The translations under genes were made by a program, and so were the position numbers. Below, piece by piece: positions 43,712 to 58,521 of a DNA stretch of 64,000 nt. This stretch comes from Octopus vulgaris (taxonomy: Eukaryota), in NCBI GenBank assembly GCA_951406725.2, contig OX597824.1:80786001-80850000 (forward strand). The letters run 5' to 3'. The notes under the pieces were generated by a model. The model was not told where the DNA came from. It did no database searches and worked only from the letters and a program-made list of their open reading frames with translations. How positions within the stretch are numbered: the first letter of the stretch is position 1; each line of letters starts with the position of its first letter.

Positions 43712-44481
43712 TATATATATATATATCCATGAATAGGTAGCTTGTCTGGAATCACTTGAAGAAATGTACGCAGATATTGTTTAAAGATGATGGAAGCATT
43801 TTTTTCTTTTATGATTTCTTTCGTGATGATGTTAGATTGAGCAGGGCCTGTTGAGGAAAACTGCGTTGCTGTTTGTATATGTTATGAGCCTGAATTGTGT
43901 AGGGACCACTTGGCACTGGATGAATTCTGAATCTGATGTTAATGTCGTTTGGACAATGCTCGCTGTATATTCTCCGCATTGCGCAAACGATGCAGTTCTG
44001 ATGACACATTTTCTTTTCCTAAGTTTTTCCCTCAGTTACTCTCTTTACTTGTTTCATTTGACTGCGGTCATGCTGGAGCACCGCCTTTGTAGAGAAGACG
44101 TATGCAGCTTTTTTTCTAGTAGTCATAATTCCAAGCAGTATTCATTCTGTTCCATGATGCAGAAACCATAGAAATTAAAGAATTAAAAAAATTCTGTTTG
44201 GGAATTTTTTGCTTTAAATGAAACTCTTCAGATATCAAAAATGCAAAATTTATACGAAAGAAATAGTTTCATTTGTTTATGGCAAATTTCTCTTACAACG
44301 TTAAAACGTTAAATTCTAAACAGGGTTTCAAGTATCCAGTACCCTGTTTTGTGGCGAACAACGTTTGCTTATATTATTTTGACAAGTTTTCATTTGATAT
44401 TTATATCAAATTTTTCGTTCGGATAAAGGATTCTGTATTATGTGGTGAATAAAGTTTCAAGATTAATAAAGTTTCAAGATT

Positions 44482-44785
44482 GTTCCGATCAGCGGAACAG
44501 CCTGCTCATGAAATTAGCGTGCAAGTGACTGGGCACCCCACAGACACGTGTACCCTTAACGTAGTTCTCGGGGAGATTCAGCGTGACACAGAGTGAGACA
44601 AGGCTGGCCCTTTGAAATACAGGCACAACAGAAACAGGAAGAGACAGAAAGTTGTGGTGAACGAGTACAGAAGGAGTCTCGTGGAACTTTAGGTGTTTTC
44701 GCTCAATAAACACTCATAACGCCCGCTCTGGGTATCGAAACTGCGATCATACGCTGCCCTAACTACTGGGCCATTGAGCCTCCAC
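44482..44785 (-). mobile_element. SINE family B with internal deletions
   Basis: Collinear with other B copies apart from gaps. Confidence 0.82.
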
Positions 44786-45241
44786 GTACACATATGTATA
44801 GATACATATACATAAATACGTGCATACATATATACGCACGCTTATATGTGTTTGCATGTTTATACTGTATATATACGTACTACATACACAGAATATGTGC
44901 ATATTCATGTATATGTGTGAGTGTGTGTACGTGTGTGTGTGTATGTCTGTGTGTGTAAATACACACGCATAAGAATGACGCATAAGGATACATATCGATA
45001 CATACATATCCATTTATATATAAACAAATATGTATATGAAATGTGAATGCGTTATATGTATATGTATATATATATATGTATATATATATGAAAATTAATA
45101 AGAATGTCATATTAGTATGGCGATAACTATTAATTTCCAGGAACGCTGCCGTAATCTCTTTTAGAGAGACTTAGTAATTTTAATATTTCTATATATATAT
45201 GTATATATATGTATATATATATATGTATATATATACGTATA

Positions 45242-45314
<73 letters not shown>

Positions 45315-45382
45315 TATATATGTATATATATATGTATATATACATGTTAGACAGACACAGATAGATAGCTACATAGATAGAT

Positions 45383-45445
<63 letters not shown>

Positions 45446-45632
45446 CCGACAGATAGATAGATAATTATATGTTTTCATAATGACTCACCCTATAACACTG
45501 TTCAATGAGATGGTTGTGTATTTTTCCAGGTGGCCAAAAGAAATTCTACATTTGTTCTAAGAACTGAATCGATTTACCAAACGACGACGAGACATCATGA
45601 AAACATACACGCTTGCATTATGGGAGTGTATA

Positions 45633-45717
<85 letters not shown>

Positions 45718-45821
45718 GTAGTTAGGGCTAAAATCTTTTGAAGCACATCTGGTTATTCCTGTATTCCAAGTCCGTATGTGTATGTTCTATTTGTGTGAGG
45801 TATGATGTGATATAAATCTGG

Positions 45822-46220
45822 GAAATATTTTTTTGCAGAATAATTTTATTCATTATGTGATTCTGTATCTGAAGACTTTATTATCGGAAACATCTTATAC
45901 TGGCGAAAATATATTTAACACCGATGATAAAAGTTCTATTTCTTACAAAATATTTTGTTACTAACACCATACAAATTATTTTTATGTTTTACACCTTATG
46001 CAGAATTTATTTCTCTTTCGAATGATGCAGAAAATAACTATTTTTTTATACAACTTGAAGAATTCTAATGCAAAATTAATATAAACGTTTCAAATTATCA
46101 TCGGTCTCAAATTTACTTTCGCTAGTATATATGTTTCTCCGTTTCTCCTATTTCTACGATTTTGTAATCATTATTAGGAAATGTGTCACGGTGAATAAAT
46201 ATTGTTCCCCCAAATATTTT
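45822..46220. repeat. Decayed long inverted repeat (old MITE or foldback)
   Basis: TACTGGCGAAAATATATTTAACACCGATGATAA (~45897-45930) matches the reverse complement of ~46095-46128; weaker symmetry extends outward. Confidence 0.55.
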
Positions 46221-47290
46221 CAATCTCCTGTTTTGATATGCGTGATATATATATATATATATATATATATTTCTTTCGTTTGACTGCGGCCATGCTGCAG
46301 CATCGCCTTTAGTCGAACAAATCGACCCCAGGACTTATCATTGCCCGGTTTTGATGGTAACTTTCTAGGTGCAATCCTATGATCAGTCATGACCAAAGGA
46401 GGTATCAGCATATATACATTATATATATATATATATACGACGGATTTCTTTCAGTTTCCATCTACCAAATCCACTGACAAGTCTTTAGGCGGCCCGAAGT
46501 GGGACTGTATCCAGAACCATGTGGTTGGGAAGCAAGCTTCTTACTACTGAGCCACGCCCGTGTGTGTGTGTGTGTGTGTGTGTGTGTAGTGACGGAGAGA
46601 AGGAAAAAGTGATAGAGAGAGAGAGAGAGTGAGAGAGGAAGATTATTTACTTCATTTCTATTTTGATTTGAACGTTCATTGCAAGTTCAATAACAAAAAA
46701 ATGTATATTTTATCTCTAACCTAAGGGAACTAACTCCCCACGAAAATGTAATAAATAAATATGCATCGGATCTTTGTGTTTTATTCATCACATCATACCA
46801 CATACTCACACACGCAAACATGCACACGTATACCAGAAGAAGTGCTCATTAAACGTTCCGCCATACGAATAATCATAGTCATTCTACGTATTACATAGGT
46901 GCGATTGTATGTCTCGTGCTACGCTTCACGTTAAGATTTTTCTCGCTTATTTCATCTTCTTAGAAAAGGATTTTTTTTCTTGCTTCGAACATTTTTCACC
47001 TGCAGCCATATTTTTTACATTATACACATACATACATATATACATACACATGCATACATGCATACATACATACATACATACATAAATACACATGCATACA
47101 TACAAACACATACAGACATACGTACATACAAACACAAACATACATACGTACATACAAATACATACATACATATATGTAAATATATATATTCTTACAGATA
47201 TATGCACACATATATATACTTACACATCTGTGTTTATTTTCCCATATACACACACGCATTATATATATATGTATGCATGTATGTATATAA

Positions 47291-47382
<92 letters not shown>

Positions 47383-47433
47383 GTAGTTAGATAGATAGAT
47401 AGATAGAAGGGGGGATAGATAGATAAAAAAGTG

Positions 47434-47574
<141 letters not shown>

Positions 47575-48417
47575 CGTAATTGTTGCTTTAAATTAGAATT
47601 GTTGATTCAAGTAAAGAATTGTTTATTAGCCATTTTGATACGGTGACGTTCCATATCCTTTCTTCTTTCTCCATTATATATTTCGCTTCGTATTACTCTA
47701 TCTTTCACTTCTCACCTATATTTACCTTTTTTTTCAATTACTGTAGAGCTTGTTAACGTATAATTTCTAGTTATTCGTATTCTCCTCTCGATGAAATTTT
47801 AGATAGCGTTCTCGAAACCTGCATAACTCATTAACGTTAGGAAAAAAGTAATACTCGTTATATACGTATGTGTGTGTGTGTGTGTGATGTGGGTGTTTGA
47901 ATGCTTGCAGGCTCATGTATGTACGTGTGTGTGCGTGTATGTGCGTGTATGTGTGGGTATGTGTGTTTGTTTGTTTGACAGTGTGTATGTGTGTTGAAAT
48001 GATTGATCGATCGATAGATCGCTGAATGTAATTCGCGAATGTTTCAAGCCGATGCTTGAATTTTCGGTCTACACATGTGTCCCCTCTGTTCGTTTCACTT
48101 GTTGCGATTTGGAAGATCTTGTGTGCGTGGGCGAGTTGTGCGTCTATGTATATGCATACATACACACATTCATACATGCATACATGCATACACACTTAAA
48201 TACATATGTTTATATATATATACATACATACGTATATATGTATATATACATACATACGTATATATGTATATATACATACATTTGCATACATATATAAATA
48301 TATATACATATACATACGTATACATATATATATACACACATATATATATGTATATATACATCTATACATATCGTTATATAGATGTTTACATGTTTATATG
48401 CATATATATGTATAATG

Positions 48418-48450
<33 letters not shown>

Positions 48451-49287
48451 GTATACGTACACACAAACGTACATATATATGTGCACATACATTTGTGCGT
48501 ATATGCATGTGTGTTAGAGAACTTTGTTACACATCATATAATTACATAAACATACGAACATATGTATACGACATATATATATATACATACATGAATTACA
48601 CAAAATATAAACCACACTTACCATACATACATACATACATACATACATACATACATACATACATACATACATACATACTTACATACAAACATACATACAT
48701 ACATACATAGATACGTACATACATACATACATACATACATACATACATACATACATACGTACGTATGCGTGCGAGTGTATATATAAACACATATTGTACG
48801 GTTTTCTTCTTCTTTCTTCGCAACTCATACTTTCCCTGTCACCTTCTCTGGCGCCCCTTTTGTCTGTGTGTGTATGTGTGTGTATGTGTCTCTCTCTTTC
48901 CTTGTTCCCCCTCCCCCTCTCTCTTCTTCAATCTTTCTCTTTCTTTTTCTCACTCTCTATTTCTCTCACACCGCAACGGCCAGAAAGTATGGGTTTTAAA
49001 CTTAATTACACTTATTCAATTTGGATAGTGGAGAGACCTTAGTAGTTGCAAAAAGAAAGTCTTATTGCTTCTGATGAAATTAACGTTCCAAAGGTTGCTA
49101 TGCTGAAGAAAAATGTCGACTTGGAAGAATATGAATGATAAAAGAAGCATTTTTTTTTCTTTTTAAAATGGCCGAAAGATAATGTTTGTCATTAATGGTC
49201 TTCTGTGTTGTCTGTAGTTTTGTTTATTGTGGTGGATTTCGTGGTTATTCAGCTGGCTACAGTCGTACTCTAGCGTGATTGATAAAG

Positions 49288-49386
<99 letters not shown>

Positions 49387-49388
49387 GT

Positions 49389-49446
<58 letters not shown>

Positions 49447-49448
49447 GT

Positions 49449-49531
<83 letters not shown>

Positions 49532-49807
49532 TAATAATAATAATGGGTGTTGGGATGTGGTAGTGGCGGTGCTGGGTTTGGTAAGTAGTTGTGTCGGACC
49601 AGAGCTGCGTTCTCTAGCGAGTGTATATTGCGTAGTCAAAGGGACGGTGGAATCGAAAGGATATAGATGGTGAGAGGAAATAGGTGTCAGAATGACGCGC
49701 ACACGCATGTACATACGCATACACATATACGCATACACACAGACATTCACATGCATACAAGCCCACACGCAACACAGGCAAGTGGGCTCAGCTAAATATA
49801 TGTATAT

Positions 49808-49862
<55 letters not shown>

Positions 49863-49886
49863 TATATATACATACATTCACACACA

Positions 49887-49947
<61 letters not shown>

Positions 49948-50192
49948 CACGCACATATGCGGATATATAGCTAGATATATATTTTCCTATCTTTGCATAT
50001 ATAGCACATATGTATTTGATTATTAATATCTATATCTATATCCCTCTCTATGCCTCTCTCTCCCACTGCCAATGTGTGTATGCGTGTGTATATATGTATG
50101 TATTTATGTATGTATACATATATATATATGTATGTGTATATATATGTATATATATATATATGTATATGTGTGTATATATACATATGTATATA

Positions 50193-50224
<32 letters not shown>

Positions 50225-50238
50225 CATACATACATACA

Positions 50239-50319
<81 letters not shown>

Positions 50320-50334
50320 TTATAATCTGTGCAT

Positions 50335-50763
50335 TTGTATGGCTCTGAAACATGGAGATCCACCTGCAGCAATTACTAGAAGATCCAGACCTTCATCAAC
50401 AAATGTCTCAGGCAGTTCCTCCATCTGAATTGGTTCGACAGAGTGCCAAACACCAACCTGTGGGAAAGGGCCAACTAGGAGCCCATACATGTTCAGATTA
50501 GACGAAGGAAATGGAGATGGATCGGACACACACTGCGGAAAGAACCCTCAAATATGACACGACAAGCACTTGACTGGAACCCGCAGGGAAAAAGGAAGAG
50601 AGGACGCCCGAAGCCGACATGGAAGCGGAGCATTTTGGACGAGCTCAGGACCACTGGCCTGACATGGGAAGCAGTCAAGAAACACGCTAACGACCGCAAA
50701 AAAAAGTGGGAAACAACTGTTGAGGCTCTCTGCTCCACAAGGGGCAAGAAGGATTAAGAAGAA
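50335..50763 (+). mobile_element. RTE-clade LINE 3' fragment (degraded)
   Basis: YGSETW...[10 protein letters not shown]...IRRRKWRWIGHTLRK...ALDWNPQGKRKRGRPKPTWKR...VEALCS, with stops and a frameshift. Confidence 0.88.
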
Positions 50764-51119
50764 TATATATACGTATAAAGCTCTACGACCGAGATAACTT
50801 GAACATACGTACATATCTGCACACATTCGTGTAGACGCACATCTGTGTATATAGAATTATGGAGATGCAATAGGATGACGAATAGATGGTGATGGAGTGA
50901 GACTTATTGCGATAGAGACTTAAAGTTTGATAAATACGTAAATAGAGGTGTAAAATGACGTATATAGAAATGGAAACAAAAGATTAAGAATCCCTGCATG
51001 GGGAAAGGAAATAGAATAACGAAAAGAATAAGAAGCTATTAGAGAAATAAAAAAATAGAAGATAATAATAACATGAACAACAGTAATAATAACAACAGTA
51101 ATAATTATTTTCATTAAAG

Positions 51120-51700
51120 GAACACGACCGAAGCAACACGAAGTAACACGATGATCAGGTTATTTTTTGTGGAGAAATTGGGTCTTTTTATCTTTTCCTC
51201 TTTAGTGTTTTTTCTTTTTTCTAAAGGATATTCAGCTGTAGTTCATATTTTTTCATGGAAAATGCTTTCCTTATTTTAACGGAATTCGGTTGAAGTGTTT
51301 CGAGTGCATTGATAGAGGGTGAATATTTGATATTTTGTGTTTATGTTTGCGGGGTTTGCTTACGGGAATTTACCTGGTCGTAGGGTCCCAGATTTGTTGC
51401 GTGTGTAGCGTTAGTCTGTTCCTCACGGTCAAACTAGTTTGACCTATGTAATCTCCACCACGCCCTCCACATTTGAGAACATAGATTAAGTTCTTTGAAG
51501 CACAGGTGAAGTGATTTTTTATGGTAAAAGTTTGACTTGACTTAAATTGTATGATGAGCTCTCTAAGAGGACGATACATGTCCCGCAGTTAGGGCGGTTG
51601 CACTTTTCGACTTGTGGGGTTACATTTTTGGTGGGTGAGCAAACACCTAGTCCAATGCCCCGCAAACAGAGACCTGAAACAACAAATTTAAATTGCAAGA
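51120..51700 (-). mobile_element. Penelope-like element fragment, GIY-YIG endonuclease end (degraded)
   Basis: Minus strand gives KCNRPNCGTC followed, across a frameshift, by FTIKNHFTCASKNLIYVLKC...YIGQTSLTVRNRLTLH, the Cys-rich linker plus GIY-YIG signature. Confidence 0.8.
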
Positions 51701-51944
51701 GAAATAACCAGTATTTAAGATTACTTAATGAATATTCCCATATTGTTTATCTGTTTGTTTATATTTTGAGTTCAAATTCATTTTAACGAAGTCGTGAAAA
51801 TGAAGTACTAGTCAATAGTACCGACTCATTCTCTCCCCTAAAAATCGTTGGCCTTATGCTCAAATTGAAAAGCATTAGATAAGATAACGACGTACGCCGG
51901 AGCATTATCACTTTCTCTTGACACTCAGTTGGTGTTATTTATTG

Positions 51945-52770
51945 GTTTCAAATTTTCCAACACGGCCAGCAATTTCGAGGTAAGTGTAAGCTAGTTATAT
52001 TGAGCTCTGTACTCAACCGGTACTTATTTTATCGACTCTGAAAGAATAAAAGACAAAGTAGACCTCAGCGGAATTTGAAGTCAGAACGTGAAGACAGACG
52101 AAATGCTTCGAAGCATTTTTCCCGTCTTCCTAACATTTCTTATTTCTTTATTGCCCACAAGGAGCTAAATATAGAGGGGACAAACAAGGACAGACAAAGG
52201 GATCAAGTCGATTACATCGACCCCAGTGCGTAACTGGTACTTATTTAATCGACCACGAAAGGAAGAAAGGCAAAGTCGACTCCGGCGGAATTTGAACTCA
52301 GAACGTAACGGCAGACGAAATACCTATTTCTTTACTACTCACAAGGGGCTAGACACAGAGAGGACAAACAAGGACAGATAAACGGATTAAGTTGATTATA
52401 TCGTAACTGGTACTTAATTTATCGACCCTGATAGGATGAAAGGCAAAGTCGACCTCGGCGGAATTTGAACTCAGAACGTAACGGCAGACGAAATACGGCT
52501 AAGCATTTCGCAGGCGTGCTAACGTTTCTACCAGCTAGCCGTCTTATTAGTGTTAATTGTTAAGGCGAGAAACACAGCAAGCTAGCAGAATTGTTGGCAC
52601 ACCGGACACTATGCTTAGAGGGATTTCTTTTCCGGCTTTGCGTTCTGAGTTCAAATTCTGCCGAAGTCATCTTTCAGGGTCGCGGAAATAAGTACCAGTC
52701 GAGCACTGGGACCGAGGTAATCGTCCTTCCCGCCCCTCAAAATTTCAGCCTTTGTGCCAAAAGAAGAAAG
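51945..52770. mobile_element. Cluster of SINE family A copies (minus-strand monomer and dimer, then a plus-strand copy)
   Basis: Repeated GTCGACCTCGGCGGAATTTGAACTCAGAACG units to 52545; opposite-orientation diverged copy at 52578-52770. Confidence 0.8.
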
Positions 52771-53174
52771 ATTTATTTATTCAAGAGGTAATTGGGTAGA
52801 ATCACCAGATAGAATCATCAGATAGAATTCCGAGCTCTGTACGATCTGGGAGATCAATTTTATGAACATTTTTGGGATTCATAAGCAGAAATAAAAGTTC
52901 AGTACTAAGCTGTCTATCTCGCTCTAATATCTTTTACTCTGTCTCTCTCTCGCTCTTTCTCTCTCTCCCTCCCTATCTCTCTATCTCTCTTTCTCTGTCT
53001 CTGTCTCTGTCTGTCTGTCTCTCTTTCTCTGTCTCCCTCCCCCTCTCTTTCTCTCCCTCTCTCTCTTTCTCTGTAAGTTATTAGCTGCATTCATATTTGG
53101 AGATAGATGGGCTCTTACAGGTTTAAATTAGAAAAGTGAAGTAAAAACAAAGCTCGCTGTTAGCCATGACAGTT

Positions 53175-53390
53175 CTCTTTTACTCTTCTACTCATTTACT
53201 TGTTTCGGTCATTTGGCTGCGGCCAAGCTGGAGCACCGCCTTTAGTCGAAGAAATCGACCCCAGGACTTATTCTTTGTAAGCCTATTACTTATTCTATCG
53301 GTTTCTTTTACCGAACCGCTAAGCTACGGGGACGTAAACACACTAGCACCGGTTGTCAAGCGATGTTGCGGGACAAACACAGACATACAG

Positions 53391-53478
<88 letters not shown>

Positions 53479-53638
53479 GAGCTTCTTTCAGTTTCCGTCT
53501 ACCAAATCCACTCACAAGGCTTTGGTCAGCCCGAGACTATAGTAGAAGACACTTTCCCAATGTGCCACGCAGTGGGACTGAACCCGGGACCATGTTGTTG
53601 GTAAGCAAGCTCCTTACCACACAGCCATTCCTGCGCCT
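53175..53638 (-). mobile_element. SINE family C, full length
   Basis: All modules present; expanded internal microsatellite. Confidence 0.88.
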
Positions 53639-54170
53639 ACGATTTCAGCAGGAGTGACGGTCAAAGACAGGAAACGAAGAAAATCTCTCATTAACCCTTT
53701 ATGTTGGTGTAACACCGTTCATATATCATATATCATCATTCGCTTATTAAACTTGATTACAAGCTTTTAGTGATTCGAAATGCGATTACAACTGGTGTCT
53801 CTAAAGTGTTAGTGTTTAATTTTATAGCCCATGTATAGCGATAATCTATTCTTTTCTTTCATTATCGGATCAGTCTTGGCGATTTTGAAGAATTTCCATT
53901 ATGGAAGAAATCGAAACCCTTCCATAATATTTCTTAATTGCTGGTCAGTACACTGCTTTTCTTCATGCATTCATAGTATACAAACCAGTATATTAAAAGC
54001 TTATGAGTCAATAAGGTGCCTGAGTCAATACTGTGCCTCACATGTGTTAGCAGTGCGAGTCAATTACTTTATAAATCTATCTCTATGGATTTTCTATAGA
54101 AATTAGAGCCTGCATTGAAAGTAACGAATTCGTCTATGTAAAAAATGAGATCGATGATAGAAAAATAGGT

Positions 54171-54229
54171 AATTGGTGTATATACATATTTCAGGAATTA
54201 TTGTTCCTTCATCAGAACCACATCCAATT
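54171..54229 (-). ncRNA. Degenerate minimal type I hammerhead
   Basis: Minus strand reads CTGATGA-AGGAA-caataa-TTCCT-GAAA-TAT-GTA; stem II is perfect, GAAAC appears as GAAAT, stem I is imperfect (AATTGGATGTG/TACACCAATT). Confidence 0.5.
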
Positions 54230-54747
54230 CATTAACCACTGTTTACTAAGCCACCAAACTGTGTTACACCACTAATTTTAGTGGCCATTTAAGCAATGTG
54301 TTCGTGGATCACTAAAGGGTTGAATGTATTGCTGAAGAAGGAGCACCCATTTATACACCCAATACTGATTTTTCTATCTTTGATCGCATTATTTACATAT
54401 ACGTATTTGTATACGAAAGGGCGTAACTTTCAGTGCTGGCTCTAAATAGAAAATCTGTTGTGATAACTTTACAAAGAGCTTAATTTTTGTCTATACATCT
54501 CGCCAGAATTAAGCTTGTATATCACAAGAACTTTTGTTTCTTTCTCTAACATCACTCTCTATATCTCTTAGGAAGCTTCTGTAGGAATATAAACTGTCCG
54601 AAAATTAGATGACTATTTCTGCAATATTGCGCTTTCGGCTAAACGTCAATAGCTTTATTAATTTACGGCTTTCAAGAAATACATTCTCAGAAATTAGATG
54701 CAAAGCTGTAAAGCAATATTAAATCATTGTCAACAGCGTTTGATATT

Positions 54748-55397
54748 TTATTTCTTTATTGCCCACAGGGGGGCTAAACATAGAGCGGACAAACAAGGGC
54801 AGACAAAGGGATTAAGTCGATTACATTGAACCAGTGCATAACTGGTATTTATTTAATCGACTTCGAAAGGATAAAAGACAAAGTCAACCTCGGCGGAATT
54901 TGAACTCAGAACGTAAAGCCGGACAAAATACCTATTTCTTTACTATCCATAAGGGGCTAAACACAGAGGAGACAAACTAGGACAGACAGACGGATTAAGT
55001 CGATTATATCGACCCCAGTGCGTAACTGGTACTTAATTTATCGACCCCGTAAGGATGAAAGGCAAAGTCGACCTCGGCGGAATTTGAACTCAGAACGTAA
55101 CGGCAGACGAAATATGGCTACGCATTTCGCCCGGCGTGCTAACGTTTCTGCCAGCTCACCGCTTTACCCATGACCTATATATTGCTTTCAAATTTTGGCA
55201 CCAGGCCAGCAGTTTCGGGGGAGGGTGTGAATCGATTATATTGACTCCAGTATTCAACTGGTACTTATTTCATCGAGCCCAGAAGGATGAAAAGTAAAGT
55301 CGACCTCGGTGGGATTTGAACTCAGGACATAAAGCCGGACAAAATACCGCTAAGCATTTTGTCCGGCATGCTGAGGGTTGTGCCAGGTCGCCGCCTT
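54748..55397 (-). mobile_element. SINE family A dimer plus older monomer
   Basis: Same body units and junction; second diverged copy at ~55180-55397. Confidence 0.82.
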
Positions 55398-55899
55398 ACA
55401 CATGGCCATTATACTACTAAAAAAATGTTTCTGAGGAACACTCCCGCCATCCTCTTTATAAATTATACGCTATAATTCTACAACCATATTATATAATTGC
55501 GTGTGTATGAATTTTGACTAATTACTGTAGTTTGTCTCATGACTGCACGCTAATTAGGAATTAGTGCAACCTATGTGATGCAAGATAAGCGAAGGAGAAC
55601 TGTTGCATCAGATGCATCACCCAGAGAATTTATTGCAGATTCAGCAAACGTTGATTTCGTGTTTTTGTTATTATTAACAACTCCTCTCCACTCCACTCCA
55701 CTCCACTCCATCATTTAATTGCATTAAGGCATTGCATAACTTCTATGGTAGCATATGGAGGAGCTTGAATCAGCAATACAAACAACATTATCAGATAATG
55801 TTTTCTGGCTTGAACATCTATGCACTAAAATTTAGTTTAAATAATAACAACAACGTAATCCCGCATGGATGTTTAAAATGTCGAAGCCAGTTAAGAATT

Positions 55900-56660
55900 A
55901 GGAAATGGAGTAGTTTTGGACACAGTAACGTTCACCAGCCCATAAAACGTCGGTGGTTTTACGAGCCAGCCAGGGAATTTCCGTTGTCACTCAACCTGCT
56001 TAAAGCTAGCTGCTATATTTTATTTAAATCACATTTGAATATCATGTGCTGTGTTGACGAGAATAAACTTTTACCAGTGCTCAAAATCTCAATGGTTTTA
56101 CTTGCGCAAGGGAACTTTTTCGTGGTCTCTCATTCTATTAAAAATAGCAGGAATAACTCCCTCAAAAATACCAAAACACCTGAACGTCATGTTACCAAAT
56201 GAACAGATTTTTACAGTTCATAAAAATTCAACAGATTTGCCTGTCTAAGGGAACCTTAACGTTGTATGTCGGCCTGCTAGAGCTTAGCAGCTATAACTCC
56301 CTTTAAAAAAATCACCTTAGCATAGTGTGGTTTTTCGAAGTCAATAAATTTCTAACAGTCCATAAAATGCCATTGACGTTACCAGCCAATGAGAGAACCT
56401 TTACGTCACCTCTCAATCTATTAGAAATACCAGCTATAACACCCTCAAGAACACCCTAACATCGTGTGAGGTTTCGAAGTGCACACGTTTTTTACACTCC
56501 ATAAAAATTCAACAGTTTTATGAGTCAACGGAGGGGACTGCTACATCGTCACTTGGCCCACAAGAAATAGCAGCGATATCTTCCTCAAAAGAAGCCCGAA
56601 CACCATGAGATGTTTTAGGCTCAGTAACATTTTCCAATTCATAAAAACCCAAGGTCTTCA
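55900..56660. repeat. Degenerate ~140-bp tandem repeat, ~5.5 units
   Basis: Anchor CATAAAA (or CTCAAAA) at 55941, 56080, 56219, 56361, 56500 and 56640; recurring GGGAAC...TAGAAATAGCAGCTATAACTCCCTCAAA-like block. Confidence 0.75.
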
Positions 56661-57289
56661 AGAGCCACCGAAGGAACCTCAATATAATCTTTATTTTCTA
56701 GTATTATTCAGTGATAACAGAGCAGCTTTAATGACCTTTTTAGGGACACAGAGACTGATTAAGGGAACAGCGAAAAATGAAATACGACTCAATGGTTGCT
56801 GTTGATGGCAACTAATCTCAGACCAAATACGCTGTCTACATGATATGATTGTCCTAGTAGGAAACTCTAGAGAGAGCTGAACAGCAGAGGGTCTTCAGGA
56901 AAGAGAAAAGAAGTCCCACTTCATGCAAATATTTCGGCTCGTAGATACGACTCTGATTAAAATGTGAAGTGAAACGGAGTGGCGGATAAGGTGCATTAAC
57001 CGAGTGCACGTACCGTATACCTGTTAATCTTTTACAATACTTGAGCCGACTCGAGAAAATCTCATGTAGCCAGATAAAACTCAGCAGCATAGGGCTACGA
57101 AGCAAATTTATTAAATGGCTAGTCGTCTCTAAGCTCAAGCAAGAAATAGAAATAACAGCCAACTCGCTCATATAACCGTATCACATCGCATTCCATCATC
57201 TTAAAAAAATGAGGCACGTTGAACAGCGATGTCCAAGATGCATTAAGGCTTCGAGAGGATAAAAAGACAATGTTAGCTTTACTCCAGAC

Positions 57290-57508
57290 CAGTGGTTTTC
57301 AACAAGGGTTCCGCGGAACCTTAGGGTTCCGCCAGTACAGTCCAGGGGTTCCACAAGAAGTTACAAAACTGCTAAAATCGGCAGTAATTTTAAATTCTCC
57401 TTTGCAGATATGTGTGCATAAAACTATTAAATTATTGCACAGGGGTTCCTCGAGCCAGTGGAATGTTTCCTTGGGGTTTCGCTCCAACAAAAAGTTTGAA
57501 AAGCACTG
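57290..57508. mobile_element. hAT-type (Charlie-like) MITE
   Basis: TIRs CAGTGGTTTTCAA / TTGAAAAGCACTG; exact 8-bp TSD CTCCAGAC (57282-57289, 57509-57516); internal GGGTTCC subterminal repeats. Confidence 0.88.
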
Positions 57509-58341
57509 CTCCAGACAGATGTGGTACTAAATATACATAATACCAAATAGGAAGGCATGTTCGTACGTCTAAGACATTTAATTTCATGTTAACTTTCATC
57601 AAGGAGGTCTAGATATTCCAGGCACGGCCATGTAATCCTACCACCTTCCGCATGTTGAACGACATAATCTAACGTACCCTTCCTGTAGGATGCGATTTGA
57701 TTAAAATGTTGTAGCTATCTCGAGCAGATTAATTGTCTAGGTAGAAGCTCCTTCATTGGCATCGCTAACTATCATTCAAAGTATTTTCGATTCTAACCAA
57801 CAACCGTGGCCGTAGTGAATTTCTCAAGGTTATTTTTCTCTATTCGATGAGCATCCGTTTCTATGTTCTTCATTTATTATATTGTGTTTAATTATCTCCC
57901 TTGCAGTCAACTGAAAAATCAAACGAAGTGAGTATATTCGGAGGAAGTCAGAACCGGATTAATCAAATTGATACGAGCAAACAACGCATCGAGATTTTGT
58001 GCATGAAAAAATGCACCCCACCATCATACGTACTGAGGCACAGACCCTGACTCAGTTACACACACATACAAAAACGTACACCTATACAGCCAAAGAGGTA
58101 TGCGTGCGCAAACATACATACACACACATACATTTAAACGTATATATGTGTGTGTGTATACATATATATGCATATATATGTACATATATATATGTGTATA
58201 TATATATATATATATACACACACGTAAAACACTTTACAATGATCCATTCGGTTCACTCTCTCTCTCTCTCTCTTTCTCTTTGCGTTTGAATGTGCATGTG
58301 TGTGTCTGTGTGTTTATATATATATATAAATACATATATAT

Positions 58342-58404
<63 letters not shown>

Positions 58405-58406
58405 AG

Positions 58407-58521
<115 letters not shown>

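Noticed and set aside
55732-56202. 156-aa ORF
   Set aside because: Overlaps the degenerate 140-bp repeat, whose period is not a multiple of three; no protein-level repeat or domain.
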